Positions 47,839 to 58,078 of a DNA stretch of 64,000 nt are shown piece after piece. The position numbers were made by a program, and so were the translations under genes. Origin of the DNA: Candidatus Poseidoniaceae archaeon (GTDB lineage: Archaea > Thermoplasmatota > Poseidoniia > Poseidoniales > Poseidoniaceae); the NCBI GenBank assembly GCA_949373235.1, contig CASICQ010000007.1:1030-65029 (forward strand). The letters are read 5' to 3'. Numbering within the stretch: the stretch's first letter is position 1; each line of letters begins with the position of its first letter. The notes beneath the pieces were generated by a model that was not told where the DNA came from, did not search any database, and saw only the letters and a program-made list of their open reading frames with translations.

Positions 47839-48600
47839 ATGGGGAATATTGCTGCAGACCCAAGCCATCCACGGTATCAGTCGTTGCTCCTTCGTCACAG
47901 GCTTGAACAAGCTGAAAAGCAAGGCATGCTCGCTGGAAGTGCGATGATTGCCCATGGACGCGGTGAGGCTTTTGATTACCTGCTCGGGGAGCAAACCATC
48001 AACAGCGCTCGAGTCGCAACCAATCACGCATTAGCCGCGCTTCGAGGCGCCAAGCACCCAGTTCTGAGTTTGAACGGAAACGTCGCTGCCCTTGCGGGCA
48101 GAGAGACCCTCTTGCTCGCTGAAATGCTCCAGTGTCCTGTCGAAATCAACATTTTTTACCGCACACCTCAGCGGATGAAAGCGCTGCTTGAACATCTTGG
48201 GAAAATCAAATTGGATGAAGGCATTGATGTTACAATCCTCGGTGCTGCCCCTAACGCCCGCATTCCAGGGCTTGAGGGGCCAAGAGCAAAGTGCACGAAA
48301 GAGGGGATCCTTGAATCTGATGTCATTTTCGTGCCGCTGGAAGATGGTGACCGTTGTGAAGCCCTCGTCGCCATGGGAAAAACGGTAATTGTCGTCGACC
48401 TCAACCCTCTTTCACGCTCAGCAAAAATGGCGAGCATCACCATCGTCGATGAACTCACACGAGTCATGGAGAACATGTTGGCCATGATGTCAAGCCCGAT
48501 TGAAGACTTGGCCTCAAACTCATATGACAACGAAGCAGTGTTGGATGAAGCGTTGCATCATGTGGCAACAAAGTTCACTCAAACAAGCAACGAAGCTTGA
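47839..48600 (+). CDS. archaeal phosphopantothenate synthetase (4-phosphopantoate--beta-alanine ligase, DUF137/COG1701)
   Basis: HPRY, AHGRGEAFDY and VPLEDGDRCEALVAMGKTVIVVDLNPLSRSA signatures of the archaeal CoA pathway enzyme. Confidence 0.7.
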   Translation: MGNIAADPSHPRYQSLLLRHRLEQAEKQGMLAGSAMIAHGRGEAFDYLLGEQTINSARVATNHALAALRGAKHPVLSLNGNVAALAGRETLLLAEMLQCPVEINIFYRTPQRMKALLEHLGKIKLDEGIDVTILGAAPNARIPGLEGPRAKCTKEGILESDVIFVPLEDGDRCEALVAMGKTVIVVDLNPLSRSAKMASITIVDELTRVMENMLAMMSSPIEDLASNSYDNEAVLDEALHHVATKFTQTSNEA

Positions 48601-48620
48601 TTGTGATGAGTGCGTAAATC

Positions 48621-49805
48621 TCAGAATTCTTCCGAGAGTTTTGCAACCAGTCGGCTCGAGATGCTCTCGCCAACTGCAGAGCAAGAGGCGTTGCCACCCA
48701 AGTCGTAGGTCAGCCCTTTGCCATCTCGCAAATGGTCAGCAACACTCTCGTCGACAAGACGCCCGATTCGGATCAATTCCTCTTCGCCGTTTTTGCGCCC
48801 GAGCCAATCCATCATGAGTTGGATCGAATTGATGGTGGCAATTGGATTGACTTTATTCATGCCAGCGTACTTTGGCGCTGAGCCGTGAACGGGTTCAAAG
48901 AAGGCGTGATCATCACCAATGTTCCCCGATGCAGCCATGCCCATACCGCCTTGAAGAACTGCCCCTAGATCGGTAGCAATGTCGCCAAACATGTTTGAGG
49001 TGACAACAACGTCGTATGATTCTGGTGAGCGGGTTAACCATTGCATGAAAGCGTCGATGTAACCGTAATCCTTCTCGGTTCCAGGGTAGCGCTCTGCGAC
49101 CTTGTCGAAGGTTCGACGGAACAGTTGGCAGCCGCGGGTCACGTTGGATTTGTCAATGCAAGAAACGCGTTTGACACCATCAAGTGGTGCCCCGTTTCGA
49201 GTCTCGGCAATGTCGAAGCCCATTTTGATCAAACGCTCGCTTCCATGTTCGGAGATTGGGCGCGGGTCGTAGGCAACCTCGCCTTGGAGGCCTGGGAATT
49301 CCATAGAAGGTGGTTCATAGGGTTCACGGCCTTGAGCGCGATCTGCGCTGCGGCGGAGCAACGAGTGGTAAAGCCCCTCTGTGTTTTCTCGCAGCACCGT
49401 CATGTCAACCATGCCAGGTTCCCAAATTTGAGTGAACCTTCCGTGGACCTTGTGAGGTACGCCTTCGTAGAGTTTGATTGGGCGGAGGTTGGCGTACAAG
49501 TCCAAACCGCTGCGCATGCCGAGGATAACAGAGCCGCCGGCAAGATCTCCGTTTGGAAGAAGTGCGCCGGGGTAACCGATGGCCCCGAGGTAAATTGCGT
49601 CTGCCTCGTCCCGGCAAAATTCGAATGAGCCTTCCGCCCATTCTTCTCCGGTTTCCATGTAATGTTGGCCGCCGCATTGAATCACAGTTTGTTCGAAACC
49701 ATGGTTGGTGTTGGCTTCGATTGCGTTGAGAATCCGTTGTGCTTCAAGCGCAACTTCTCGACCTGTTCCATCGCCGGGAAGAACTCCAATCCGATAATTT
49801 CCCAT
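48621..49805 (-). CDS. isocitrate/3-isopropylmalate dehydrogenase family (LeuB/tartrate DH-like)
   Basis: N-terminal [13 protein letters not shown] and the NLFGDI...D metal-binding region. Confidence 0.8.
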   Translation of the reverse strand: MGNYRIGVLPGDGTGREVALEAQRILNAIEANTNHGFEQTVIQCGGQHYMETGEEWAEGSFEFCRDEADAIYLGAIGYPGALLPNGDLAGGSVILGMRSGLDLYANLRPIKLYEGVPHKVHGRFTQIWEPGMVDMTVLRENTEGLYHSLLRRSADRAQGREPYEPPSMEFPGLQGEVAYDPRPISEHGSERLIKMGFDIAETRNGAPLDGVKRVSCIDKSNVTRGCQLFRRTFDKVAERYPGTEKDYGYIDAFMQWLTRSPESYDVVVTSNMFGDIATDLGAVLQGGMGMAASGNIGDDHAFFEPVHGSAPKYAGMNKVNPIATINSIQLMMDWLGRKNGEEELIRIGRLVDESVADHLRDGKGLTYDLGGNASCSAVGESISSRLVAKLSEEF

Positions 49806-50028
49806 GCATCGGCCACGGGCAACCCCTACATGAACGCGACCCTTTCTGCCCATGGCCTTGCCTTTGCGAAAACCGATTGTGACTGCTCGTGGCTTCAACA
49901 CGAGGTGTGCATCCATTGGAAAGTATTCCTTCCAGCAGTCTGAACGCAGTGTTTCGGTTATCGAATGGAAACGATGGTCGGTGGAGTGAGAAAGGCTTCA
50001 TAGGCCGTCAAGAAGGAGAGAGAAGAAC

Positions 50029-50673
50029 ATGAGCGACAAGCAAAACAGGGTATCGGAAGGTCATGTTCGTGTTGAGGCTATGCCCGCAGAAGTGCAGCGA
50101 CTGGCCGAGGTGATGCAGAGTGTTGACCCAAAATGGGACCTAGACGAGTGGCTTGTGGAGCAAGCAAGGATGTCGCTGAATCTGGTGTCTGCAGATTTGA
50201 CGCGAGAGCGCCTTGCGGTTGAACAACGCCTCCATCGGCTCGAAAGCATCGCTCGGCGCCTTGAACCACCAATCGGCGAGGCAGGTGACCCGCTTCAAAA
50301 GAACCTGTTTGATTGCTTCAATCTTGAAATTGATGCGGCTATCAAAGGGTTGGGATCAAGAGCTGCACAGCCACACAAATCCGTCCAAGACGATGCTGCC
50401 GAAGATCTGCTTCATCCCGCCGCTTCGTTTTTGAATCTGCTACCCGACGATGAGGGCGATGACCCCTTGTTGGCGGTCGCTTGCCAAATGTTACTCGTCG
50501 TTGTCGAACATGAGATGGGCAAAGGAGAGCCTTGTGCCACATTGGATAAGATGTTCAAAGGCATGAATGAGCACGGAGTTGCGCCAGATGAAATCGATGA
50601 AGCCATTGACCACTTGCTTGCCATTGGCGCTTTGGTTGAAATCGATGATGACTGTTTTATTCCGACTGCTTGA
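50029..50673 (+). CDS. acidic hypothetical protein, possibly with a C-terminal winged-helix domain
   Basis: ORF only. Confidence 0.4.
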   Translation: MSDKQNRVSEGHVRVEAMPAEVQRLAEVMQSVDPKWDLDEWLVEQARMSLNLVSADLTRERLAVEQRLHRLESIARRLEPPIGEAGDPLQKNLFDCFNLEIDAAIKGLGSRAAQPHKSVQDDAAEDLLHPAASFLNLLPDDEGDDPLLAVACQMLLVVVEHEMGKGEPCATLDKMFKGMNEHGVAPDEIDEAIDHLLAIGALVEIDDDCFIPTA

Positions 50674-50795
50674 ACGAGCGGAGCCGGAAGGTAGGGGCGA
50701 ACAGCGGCCTGCCGAGTGATTCAAATCTTCTCTTTTGCTGGATTTAATTGACTGATTGCGGCATCTTGACCAATGAAAACAAACTGGGAACGCAC

Positions 50796-51104
50796 ATGGC
50801 GACAAAGAAGGAAGGCGCACAGCGGCTGATTGACAGCCTTGATTCCGGGCGGAAAATCCAACAGAAGTTGTGGTTTGCTGTTGGTCAAGCGGTGGTGGTT
50901 TCAGCGATTATTGCATGGTTCACTCAATGGCAGTTTGGGATTGCAGCGCTGCTCGTGTTCGGCCTTTTGATTCAATTTGCATTCGAACGAATGTCAAACA
51001 GCATCGAGGCAAGTCGCCTTGAAGCGCTACAAACCCTTGGCTGGTCTGCCGAACATGAAACGGATGAATCCTTGAGGCTCAAAGCGCAAAAAATACTCTC
51101 CTGA
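50796..51104 (+). CDS. small 2-TM membrane protein
   Basis: Hydropathy only. Confidence 0.35.
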   Translation: MATKKEGAQRLIDSLDSGRKIQQKLWFAVGQAVVVSAIIAWFTQWQFGIAALLVFGLLIQFAFERMSNSIEASRLEALQTLGWSAEHETDESLRLKAQKILS

Positions 51105-51114
51105 TGGTGAAGCG

Positions 51115-51801
51115 ATGCAATCTGATGCCTTACAATACCTCAATTTCATTGAGATTGAGGAACGCCGCCAAGCGCGGATGATCCGAAGAATGGGCGGTGC
51201 CTCGTTCGGAAGTTTATTTGCTGGTGTTTGGATGATCCGAGAAGGATTTGATGCTGTTGTGATCGGTGCTGTTTTCGCCTCCTTCATCGCCGTTTTCATG
51301 ATGATAAGCCGTGCAGAGGGCATCAAAGCTCATCAACGAGAAGAGGCTTTGCTGAGGCTTCTTGAAGTCCATCCCGATTACTTTGAGGACGGCCCTGCAA
51401 GGGAACGGCTGGTTCTGGCGGCAGAGACTGGGGCGTTCAACGAACTGCAAGTCAAAAAGAACACGGGCGCAATCCGCGGCCATGATGAGAAAGGGTTCAC
51501 GGGAGGCAAAAAAGCAAACCCACTCGATGCGGCGGCCCGCCGTCGAGACGCAATGGAATCCGAGAGCGACTATGTTGGACTGGAAGGGGATTTGCGACGT
51601 TCGGAACATTTGGTTGAGGAAGCCAATGCGCGTTACGAAGAAGCAGCGAGCCAGCATTGGAAAGCGGCTGAAGAAGCAGACCTCGATCTCATTGAAGCTG
51701 GGGTGGAGCGACTGGGTGATTTGGTTCAAACCGACTGGTTTGAGAAAAACGCAAAGGACGGTGCGGTTGACGAAGCAATGGGACAAGGCCAAAAGGAATG
51801 A
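51115..51801 (+). CDS. hypothetical membrane-anchored coiled-coil protein
   Basis: TM near the N-terminus; charged helical C-terminal part. Confidence 0.4.
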   Translation: MQSDALQYLNFIEIEERRQARMIRRMGGASFGSLFAGVWMIREGFDAVVIGAVFASFIAVFMMISRAEGIKAHQREEALLRLLEVHPDYFEDGPARERLVLAAETGAFNELQVKKNTGAIRGHDEKGFTGGKKANPLDAAARRRDAMESESDYVGLEGDLRRSEHLVEEANARYEEAASQHWKAAEEADLDLIEAGVERLGDLVQTDWFEKNAKDGAVDEAMGQGQKE

Positions 51802-51817
51802 CGCTGCCCAGTGAACC

Positions 51818-52567
51818 ATGAAGGTCAAAGCGATTCTGCTCGCTGGTGGGCATGGAAGTCGCCTCGACCCTTTCACCAAATACACCCAAAAGACGTTGCT
51901 TCCGCTTCATGAGCGCCCCGTCATTGATTATGCACTTGGTACAATCCGTAGAGCTGGAATCAAGGACATCACCATCGTTTCAAACCAGTTTATCGGCCAA
52001 ATCACCAAGCATGTTGGTGTGGGATTTCCTGATGAACGCATCCATTACGTGTTGGAGGAAGAGCCGACAGGAGTTGCTGACGCACTCAACCTTGCACGAG
52101 CATACAACGAAAATTGCCGGCTTTTAGTTTACTTTTCAGACAACATTACAACCGTAGAACTCGCTGAAGAAGTGGCTCACTTTGAACAGGCCGAACGGGC
52201 CCCCGGATGCGTTCTTTTGGCTCGAAATGAAAAGAATCCCGAAGCGTTTGGTGTTGCTGTGCTCGATGAGGACGGGGGGGTGGTCGACATCGTTGAGAAA
52301 CCAAAAATTCCGCCTTCAAACCTCGCCATTGGAGGCATCTACCTGTTTGATGAGCACTTTTGGCCCATGGTGGATGCTGGCGTGAGCGAGCAGGGGGGCG
52401 ACTTTTCAATCTCTGATGTAACCAGAGCCTATGTGCTCAAAGGCGCTGCTAAACTGCTCACTTTAGGGGAAGAAACATGGGTGGATTGTGGCACACCGGA
52501 TTCGTTGCTCCAAGCCGCGCTGATGGCCAAACAAGGCAAGTTGAATCCACGGCCTTTCAGGCCCTAA
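51818..52567 (+). CDS. sugar-phosphate nucleotidyltransferase (glucose-1-phosphate thymidylyltransferase-like)
   Basis: KAILLAGGHGSRLDPFT (GxGxRL) signature. Confidence 0.75.
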   Translation: MKVKAILLAGGHGSRLDPFTKYTQKTLLPLHERPVIDYALGTIRRAGIKDITIVSNQFIGQITKHVGVGFPDERIHYVLEEEPTGVADALNLARAYNENCRLLVYFSDNITTVELAEEVAHFEQAERAPGCVLLARNEKNPEAFGVAVLDEDGGVVDIVEKPKIPPSNLAIGGIYLFDEHFWPMVDAGVSEQGGDFSISDVTRAYVLKGAAKLLTLGEETWVDCGTPDSLLQAALMAKQGKLNPRPFRP

Positions 52568-52609
52568 TCATGGCAACTGACAAAGCCAACGAACCCTTCG
52601 CTCCTTCTG

Positions 52610-53434
52610 ATGAAGGTCGGAATCATTGGAGCAGGGATGGTCGGCGGGGCCATCGAAGAATGCTTTGGCCATGCGCACGAATTGTTCGTTCACGACCCTG
52701 CACGGGGCACTGAGTTGAGCGATGTCACCGACCACGTCGATTTCGCCTACATCGCCGTCCCAACCCCACCCCACCCTGAGACTGGCGCTTGCGACACTCG
52801 CATCGTTGAAGGGATCCTTGATGCACTGCCTGATGGATTCACCGCCGTCATCAAATCGACTGTTGTACCTGGTACGACCGAACTGTACCACGAACGGTAT
52901 CCAAATCTGAAAATCGCCTATTCTCCGGAGTTTTTAGTCGAACGGCAACGCCTCGAAGATTTTGCCAACCAAGATCTACTGGTGTGTGGCACGCATCACG
53001 CTGATGTGGCCGAACGGGTGTTCGAACAGCACCGTCAAGCAGGCGTCCTTCGCCGCGAAAATCTCTATCATGTTACGCCAACTCAAGCCGAGTTGGTCAA
53101 GTACACAAAGAACACATTCTACGCAATGAAGGTGATTTTCGCCAACCAAATGTACGACATTTGCGAAGCCATGGGCCAAGACTGGTACACCATTCGCGAC
53201 ATGATCACGGCGGAACAAGCACAACCCATCGGCCCTTCGCACCTCGACCCAATCTTCGGCCTGCACCGTGGTTTTGGTGGGAAATGCCTGCCAAAAGATT
53301 CGCTGGCACTCGGCGTTCTTGCAGAAGAGCACGGCGTGAAGTACAACCTCTTTGATGCGATTCAAACCGATAACGCAGCGCTTCGCGGCACCCTCACAGG
53401 CAAACCAAGCGACGTGGTCACCAACGATGATTGA
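52610..53434 (+). CDS. short UDP-glucose/GDP-mannose dehydrogenase-family protein (NAD-binding + central domain, no C-terminal UDP-binding domain)
   Basis: IGAGMVGGA Rossmann motif; catalytic GGKCLPKD. Ends after about 274 aa. Confidence 0.6.
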   Translation: MKVGIIGAGMVGGAIEECFGHAHELFVHDPARGTELSDVTDHVDFAYIAVPTPPHPETGACDTRIVEGILDALPDGFTAVIKSTVVPGTTELYHERYPNLKIAYSPEFLVERQRLEDFANQDLLVCGTHHADVAERVFEQHRQAGVLRRENLYHVTPTQAELVKYTKNTFYAMKVIFANQMYDICEAMGQDWYTIRDMITAEQAQPIGPSHLDPIFGLHRGFGGKCLPKDSLALGVLAEEHGVKYNLFDAIQTDNAALRGTLTGKPSDVVTNDD

Positions 53435-53444
53435 AGGAATTGGG

Positions 53445-53876
53445 ATGTCAAAGCCAACAATTTCTGAAGTGTTACCGCGGGGTACGCTTCAGCGATTTGG
53501 AATTGCAGGTGGCTTCAACACCTTCCTTTTCTGGGTGCTCTGGGAGCTGCTGAGGCTTACACCTCTGTACGGAGATTCCAATGAAACGCTGCTTTGGTCC
53601 CTTGCGTGGTTGGGGTCGAGCATCATCGCCCATTTCGTTCACCGTGTGTTTACTTTTGATGGCCGCAGAAACCTTCGAACGACTGTGCTCGGCGCTGTTT
53701 CTGTCTACGCAGTTGGCATGATGGGATCAACGCTCACCTTCGACACGATGCTAACGATGTTCGACCATCTCCCCATTCGACTGTTGTTCTTCATCAACAT
53801 CGCAGCGTGGGGCTTATTCACGTGGGCGAGCATGCGCTGGCTTGTGTTTGGTTACACCAAAACTGAAGAAGAATAA
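53445..53876 (+). CDS. GtrA-family membrane protein
   Basis: Four TM helices. N-terminal LQRFGIAGGFNTFLFWVL is typical of GtrA. Confidence 0.55.
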   Translation: MSKPTISEVLPRGTLQRFGIAGGFNTFLFWVLWELLRLTPLYGDSNETLLWSLAWLGSSIIAHFVHRVFTFDGRRNLRTTVLGAVSVYAVGMMGSTLTFDTMLTMFDHLPIRLLFFINIAAWGLFTWASMRWLVFGYTKTEEE

Positions 53877-54239
53877 TCACACTGCATGGGTTTCCATCAG
53901 AGTAAGAGGTATAATTTCAAGCGCCGCTTCATGGGTTGCTTCGAGATCGAGTGGACAGCCGGAACCGGCGTGGAGCGCAGCCAGCCACGTTCGGGCACAA
54001 ACGCACCAAGAATCCCCTGGCTTGAGACCCGGAAATCCATGATGAGGAGCGGGTGTAATGAGGTCGTTGCCTTGGCTGCGGGCAAATTCAAGAAACTTCT
54101 CGGTGACAACGCAGCATACTGTGTGTGAGCCTCGATCGTTTTCGTCTGTGTTGCATTTTCCGTCCCTGTACCACCCTGTCATAGGGTCGCACGAACAGGT
54201 GTCGAGGGGTTGGCCAAGCACGTTGAGGCTGGGGAACAT
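53877..54239 (-). CDS. DUF2237-family protein
   Basis: NVLGQPLDTCSCDPMTGWYRDGKC...GNDLITP...GLKPGDSWCVCA matches the conserved DUF2237 pattern. Confidence 0.6.
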   Translation of the reverse strand: MFPSLNVLGQPLDTCSCDPMTGWYRDGKCNTDENDRGSHTVCCVVTEKFLEFARSQGNDLITPAPHHGFPGLKPGDSWCVCARTWLAALHAGSGCPLDLEATHEAALEIIPLTLMETHAV

Positions 54240-54361
54240 GGTCCCTGCACCACGCCGATGCACAAGAAGGCTTGTCCGATTTCGAAACGGTCATCCAAAC
54301 AACCGGCTGACGGGTTCTTGGCGGCGTTGGGTTCTAAGGTGAGGTCGCTCACCGATGATTC

Positions 54362-54793
54362 ATGCTCCCAGATACAGTTCACAAACTTCCACGAGAAGAA
54401 CGCTACGCTTACGCTCGCTTGCTCGCCTTCATGGCGCGAGTTGACAACGAACTCACCGTCGATGAAATGGCAATGTTTGAACAACGGCTTGGTACGGCTC
54501 TTTTGTCTCCAAATCAACGACAAATGATTCGCAGTGCCCTCAAGACGCCGCCAACACTGGAAGAATGCTTGAGCGGCCTAGGTCCCGAAGCAGGCCGATT
54601 GGCCCTTCGAGACGCAACGCTGATGGCGGCTGCAGATGGCACAGTCGATGAAGACGAACGCGATGTGTTGCAAACAATTGTAGAACACCTCGAACTTGCT
54701 GATGATTCGGTCGAACGCCTCCTAAACTGGACCGTCAAAGGTACCATGTGGATGCAGGAAGGGTATGACCTGCTCAACACCTTAGCGGAGTGA
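54362..54793 (+). CDS. TerB-like domain protein (paralog 1)
   Basis: About 140 aa. YAYARLLAFMARVDNELTVDEMAMFE and MAAADGTVDEDERDVLQTI motifs are typical of the TerB/DjlA-N helical bundle. Confidence 0.55.
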   Translation: MLPDTVHKLPREERYAYARLLAFMARVDNELTVDEMAMFEQRLGTALLSPNQRQMIRSALKTPPTLEECLSGLGPEAGRLALRDATLMAAADGTVDEDERDVLQTIVEHLELADDSVERLLNWTVKGTMWMQEGYDLLNTLAE

Positions 54794-54799
54794 AGGCAA

Positions 54800-55225
54800 G
54801 TGTACGTCGACCTTACGGTTGATTTTACTCCCGATGAAGTCAAAGGCTACGCCCAACTGATGATCATTGTTGCATCCGCTGATGGAGCGCTTGTCAAAGA
54901 AGAACTCGCCATCATCGAGGCGATGATGGGGCGGGCCATGATGCATCCAGAAATGCGCGTGGATTTGAGAAACATGCTCGAAAAGCCCCCTCAATTGAAG
55001 TTGGTGCTCGAACGGCTGACACCGATTGTTCTCAAAGTCGCATTGCGCGATGCAATTCTGGTCGCTGCCGTTGATGGGGAATACGATTCGGAGGAGATTA
55101 AAATCATCAAGCAAATCGCAAAAGCAGCAGGTGTAAAGAAATCTCAACTCTCCGCTTTGTTTGAATGGGTAAAAGCTGGCTGGGAGTGGCATATCCAGAG
55201 TTTCGACCATCTCGGTTTAGTTTGA
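54800..55225 (+). CDS. TerB-like domain protein (paralog 2)
   Basis: Same architecture (YAQLMIIVASADGALVKEELAIIE ... VAAVDGEYDSEEIKIIKQI). Separated by 6 bp from paralog 1. Confidence 0.55.
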   Translation: MYVDLTVDFTPDEVKGYAQLMIIVASADGALVKEELAIIEAMMGRAMMHPEMRVDLRNMLEKPPQLKLVLERLTPIVLKVALRDAILVAAVDGEYDSEEIKIIKQIAKAAGVKKSQLSALFEWVKAGWEWHIQSFDHLGLV

Positions 55226-55302
55226 TTTTACCTGCTTAACCTGTCTTTTTAGGACCCTCTTCACAAGGGTCACATTCAAACCAATCGGACCAACCGGCAA
55301 GG

Positions 55303-57309
55303 TTGGGTGGGGTTATGCAAAGCGGAGTTAGCGGCTGGTATGCACGATTGGATCGATGCCTTGAAAATCGACCTGAACAGATTGAAATCTGGCTCCAAGC
55401 ATGGGAACAATCCCTTCGAGTTCACCAACCCATAGCGGCGCTTCTTCCCGAAGACTGGCCGACCCTGCCAGCAAACCTTCTCACAGACCCGGGCCATGTG
55501 CTCGATCACCTTCTCGCCCGCCATGACGCCGAAACCGATGGACGCTCGCCTCGAGGCGCCCACCCCACGCCGCCTCGTTTGGCAGATGCTGTGATTGCCT
55601 CTGAATTGCTCGAAAGCCTCACTCGCCCAAAAACGCCTGTGAAATCTTCGACCATGCACCTAAGCAACCTCCCCCCCGGTTTCCGACAGCACATCGAGAA
55701 ACTGAACCTCCCACAGCACAGCCAGGAAACGGAAATCGATGATGAAGTGGAACTGAAGCGTGTTGAAGCAGGACGGCGAACCTTGAGTGGCATACCGTTG
55801 CCGATTGCGGACACATCATGTGGCGGTGGCATCTTCCACGCCCGTCTTATTCGTCGCCATTCTGAACACCATGAAGACAGCACCGAAGAACGTCGAATCA
55901 AGGACACACGGTTGTTGCTCACCGCATTCCAGTTGCTCGATGTCGATGCCCTTGTCGTCGCCTCAACCCGCCGCAGATTGTTGCTTGAATGCATTCGTTT
56001 CGGCCTTGTGAGTCTGAAGGCAGACAAGCCGGGGTGCTTGGGTCGAAAGGAAGCAGAAATGTTGCTTGAAAAGGCAGTCCAACAAGGCGATACCCTCCAA
56101 GGCGAATGGCCATGGACAGCGGAACCTCAACTTGTGGTCACCAACCCGCCATGGCTGCGAATCAAGGACCGTTTCCGAGGCATGGAAGATGGAAGTAAAT
56201 TACGCAGGGAACTTGGCGAACACCTTCGCGCCCTCACTGACAACGGTAAGCCGCGCTTCTCAACCATGAGAGGGAACGTCAACCTCTACCGCTTGTTCAT
56301 CGAACGCAGTTTGCAAATCCTCGAACAAGGCGGCCGGCTTCGATTGATCGCACCTGATAGCATCCTTCGAGAGCAATCCTCACACCCATTGCGCACACTG
56401 CTCGTTGAAGAACACGGATGGTCTGACATCTGGGCTATTGAAGAAGCAAACCACCTTTTCCCTGGCATGACTCAAGGCGTGGCCGTGTTGGGCATTACTG
56501 CAAAAATGGCTGTCGATCAGTTGTTGATGCACGGTCCAATCAGTCGAGCGGATTTGCGCCGCGACCAAAACGGACTCTCCAACAGGGTGCCCTCGTTTGA
56601 GATGGCCCCCGGGCGTTGGGTCGCTTGGGCCAAGGACACTTGGGCCATACCTCGGCTCCCTCGAGACCGCATCGAGCGCAAGCAAACGCTTGCTGTGTTG
56701 GACCGGCTCGCACTGCTCCCTCGCCTTGGCGATGAGCAACATGCTTTGGCAACGAGCGGTCACACCGTGCGAGTTCGTGTTGGTGAAATCGACCAAACTG
56801 CACATTCAAAGAGCATTGAAACATGGACGAAAGGGCGCACATCAAGGCCGTTTATTCGCGGCGTTCACTTTTCTGAGGACGCCGATGGTGGAGTGTTCGT
56901 GCGCCATCCAGCCTTCCGAACTGACATTCCTTCAAGGGCCAATGAGCGTCAACTCGCCATGTGGTGCGGCGCTACAGAACCGAAATTTGGACCTCGCCTG
57001 GCGTGCCAAGCGATCGTCAATGCTCACCAAGAGCGCCGCTTGCGATGGGCCGTCATCCCAGCAGGATGCGTGCTGGGCAACAGCGTGAACCACATCGAGC
57101 TTCACCCCGAAATCCAAGACCGTTTGATCACCCTACATGGATCGCTTGAAACCGCTCTCCAGTGGATGTGCAATTTGTTGAACGATGAAGACCTTGATGA
57201 ATGGGCTCGAGCCTGGTCTGCGAACAACAACGTCAACAACTATGAATTGGAAATGCTGCCGCTTGATGTGAACAGTGAAATTCCGGAATTAGTGCCCCTT
57301 ATTCGATAA
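55303..57309 (+). CDS. gamma-class N6-adenine DNA methyltransferase of the Eco57I/type-IIG-like family (motifs X-I-IV) with a 330-aa C-terminal putative target-recognition region; no nuclease domain
   Basis: Motif X HPTPPRLADAVIAS, motif I IADTSCGGGIFHA, motif IV VVTNPPWLRIK, in gamma order. Confidence 0.6.
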   Translation: MGGVMQSGVSGWYARLDRCLENRPEQIEIWLQAWEQSLRVHQPIAALLPEDWPTLPANLLTDPGHVLDHLLARHDAETDGRSPRGAHPTPPRLADAVIASELLESLTRPKTPVKSSTMHLSNLPPGFRQHIEKLNLPQHSQETEIDDEVELKRVEAGRRTLSGIPLPIADTSCGGGIFHARLIRRHSEHHEDSTEERRIKDTRLLLTAFQLLDVDALVVASTRRRLLLECIRFGLVSLKADKPGCLGRKEAEMLLEKAVQQGDTLQGEWPWTAEPQLVVTNPPWLRIKDRFRGMEDGSKLRRELGEHLRALTDNGKPRFSTMRGNVNLYRLFIERSLQILEQGGRLRLIAPDSILREQSSHPLRTLLVEEHGWSDIWAIEEANHLFPGMTQGVAVLGITAKMAVDQLLMHGPISRADLRRDQNGLSNRVPSFEMAPGRWVAWAKDTWAIPRLPRDRIERKQTLAVLDRLALLPRLGDEQHALATSGHTVRVRVGEIDQTAHSKSIETWTKGRTSRPFIRGVHFSEDADGGVFVRHPAFRTDIPSRANERQLAMWCGATEPKFGPRLACQAIVNAHQERRLRWAVIPAGCVLGNSVNHIELHPEIQDRLITLHGSLETALQWMCNLLNDEDLDEWARAWSANNNVNNYELEMLPLDVNSEIPELVPLIR

Positions 57310-57431
57310 TCCGACAATTTCTGGCTGGATTTCTCCGGATATCTAAGCGCACGATGCGCGGAACATGAGGAACATGGTTTATTTATGACAAGCCGCTGGA
57401 TTGACCATTAGGGTTTAGCCTAGGTGATATT

Positions 57432-58013
57432 GTGGGCGTTCATCCAAAGATAGGTATCACCGGCTTACCGCGCAGCGGGAAATCCGCTGTGATGGAAAAA
57501 GTTCTCGAAATGCTCGTCGACGAGCGCAAGCGAGAGATCCTCCTCCGAGGAAGCCTCTCTGATGCACCGATCATCGGCGGCATGCAAACGCTTCCCATCA
57601 TGGATGGAAGTGAACGGCTTGGCTACAAAGTGATCAACATCGTCACTAAAGAAGAGGCTATTATGGCTCACAAGAACATCGATTCAAGGTTGCGAGTGCT
57701 TGGTTACGGCATTGATATTGAAGCGCTTGAGCGCGTTGCAATTCCTGCTATTGAATACGCCCGGGATGAATGCGAAGTGCTCGTCATCGATGAAATTGGA
57801 AAGTTTGCTGTCGAAAGCGAGAATTTTGTCAACGTGGTTCGAAGTGCGCTTGAAGTGGACAAACCAACCTTGCTCACCCTTCACAAAAAGAGCCGTCACC
57901 CGCTGCTTCAAGACATTCGTCGACGCGACGATGGTCGCATCCTCGAAGTGACGCCTGTGAACCGAGCGTTGTTGCCTTACAAGATTCACAAGTTGATGCG
58001 AGAAACCTACTGA
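57432..58013 (+). CDS. nucleoside-triphosphatase THEP1 (COG1618)
   Basis: Walker A GITGLPRSGKS; Walker B VLVIDEIGK; archaeal THEP1 length. Confidence 0.7.
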   Translation: MGVHPKIGITGLPRSGKSAVMEKVLEMLVDERKREILLRGSLSDAPIIGGMQTLPIMDGSERLGYKVINIVTKEEAIMAHKNIDSRLRVLGYGIDIEALERVAIPAIEYARDECEVLVIDEIGKFAVESENFVNVVRSALEVDKPTLLTLHKKSRHPLLQDIRRRDDGRILEVTPVNRALLPYKIHKLMRETY

Positions 58014-58078
58014 AGTTTCGCCCGCTTCTCCTATCATCGAGCCGCTGGTTTCATCCGTATCCGTCCGCAGGGCATCAC

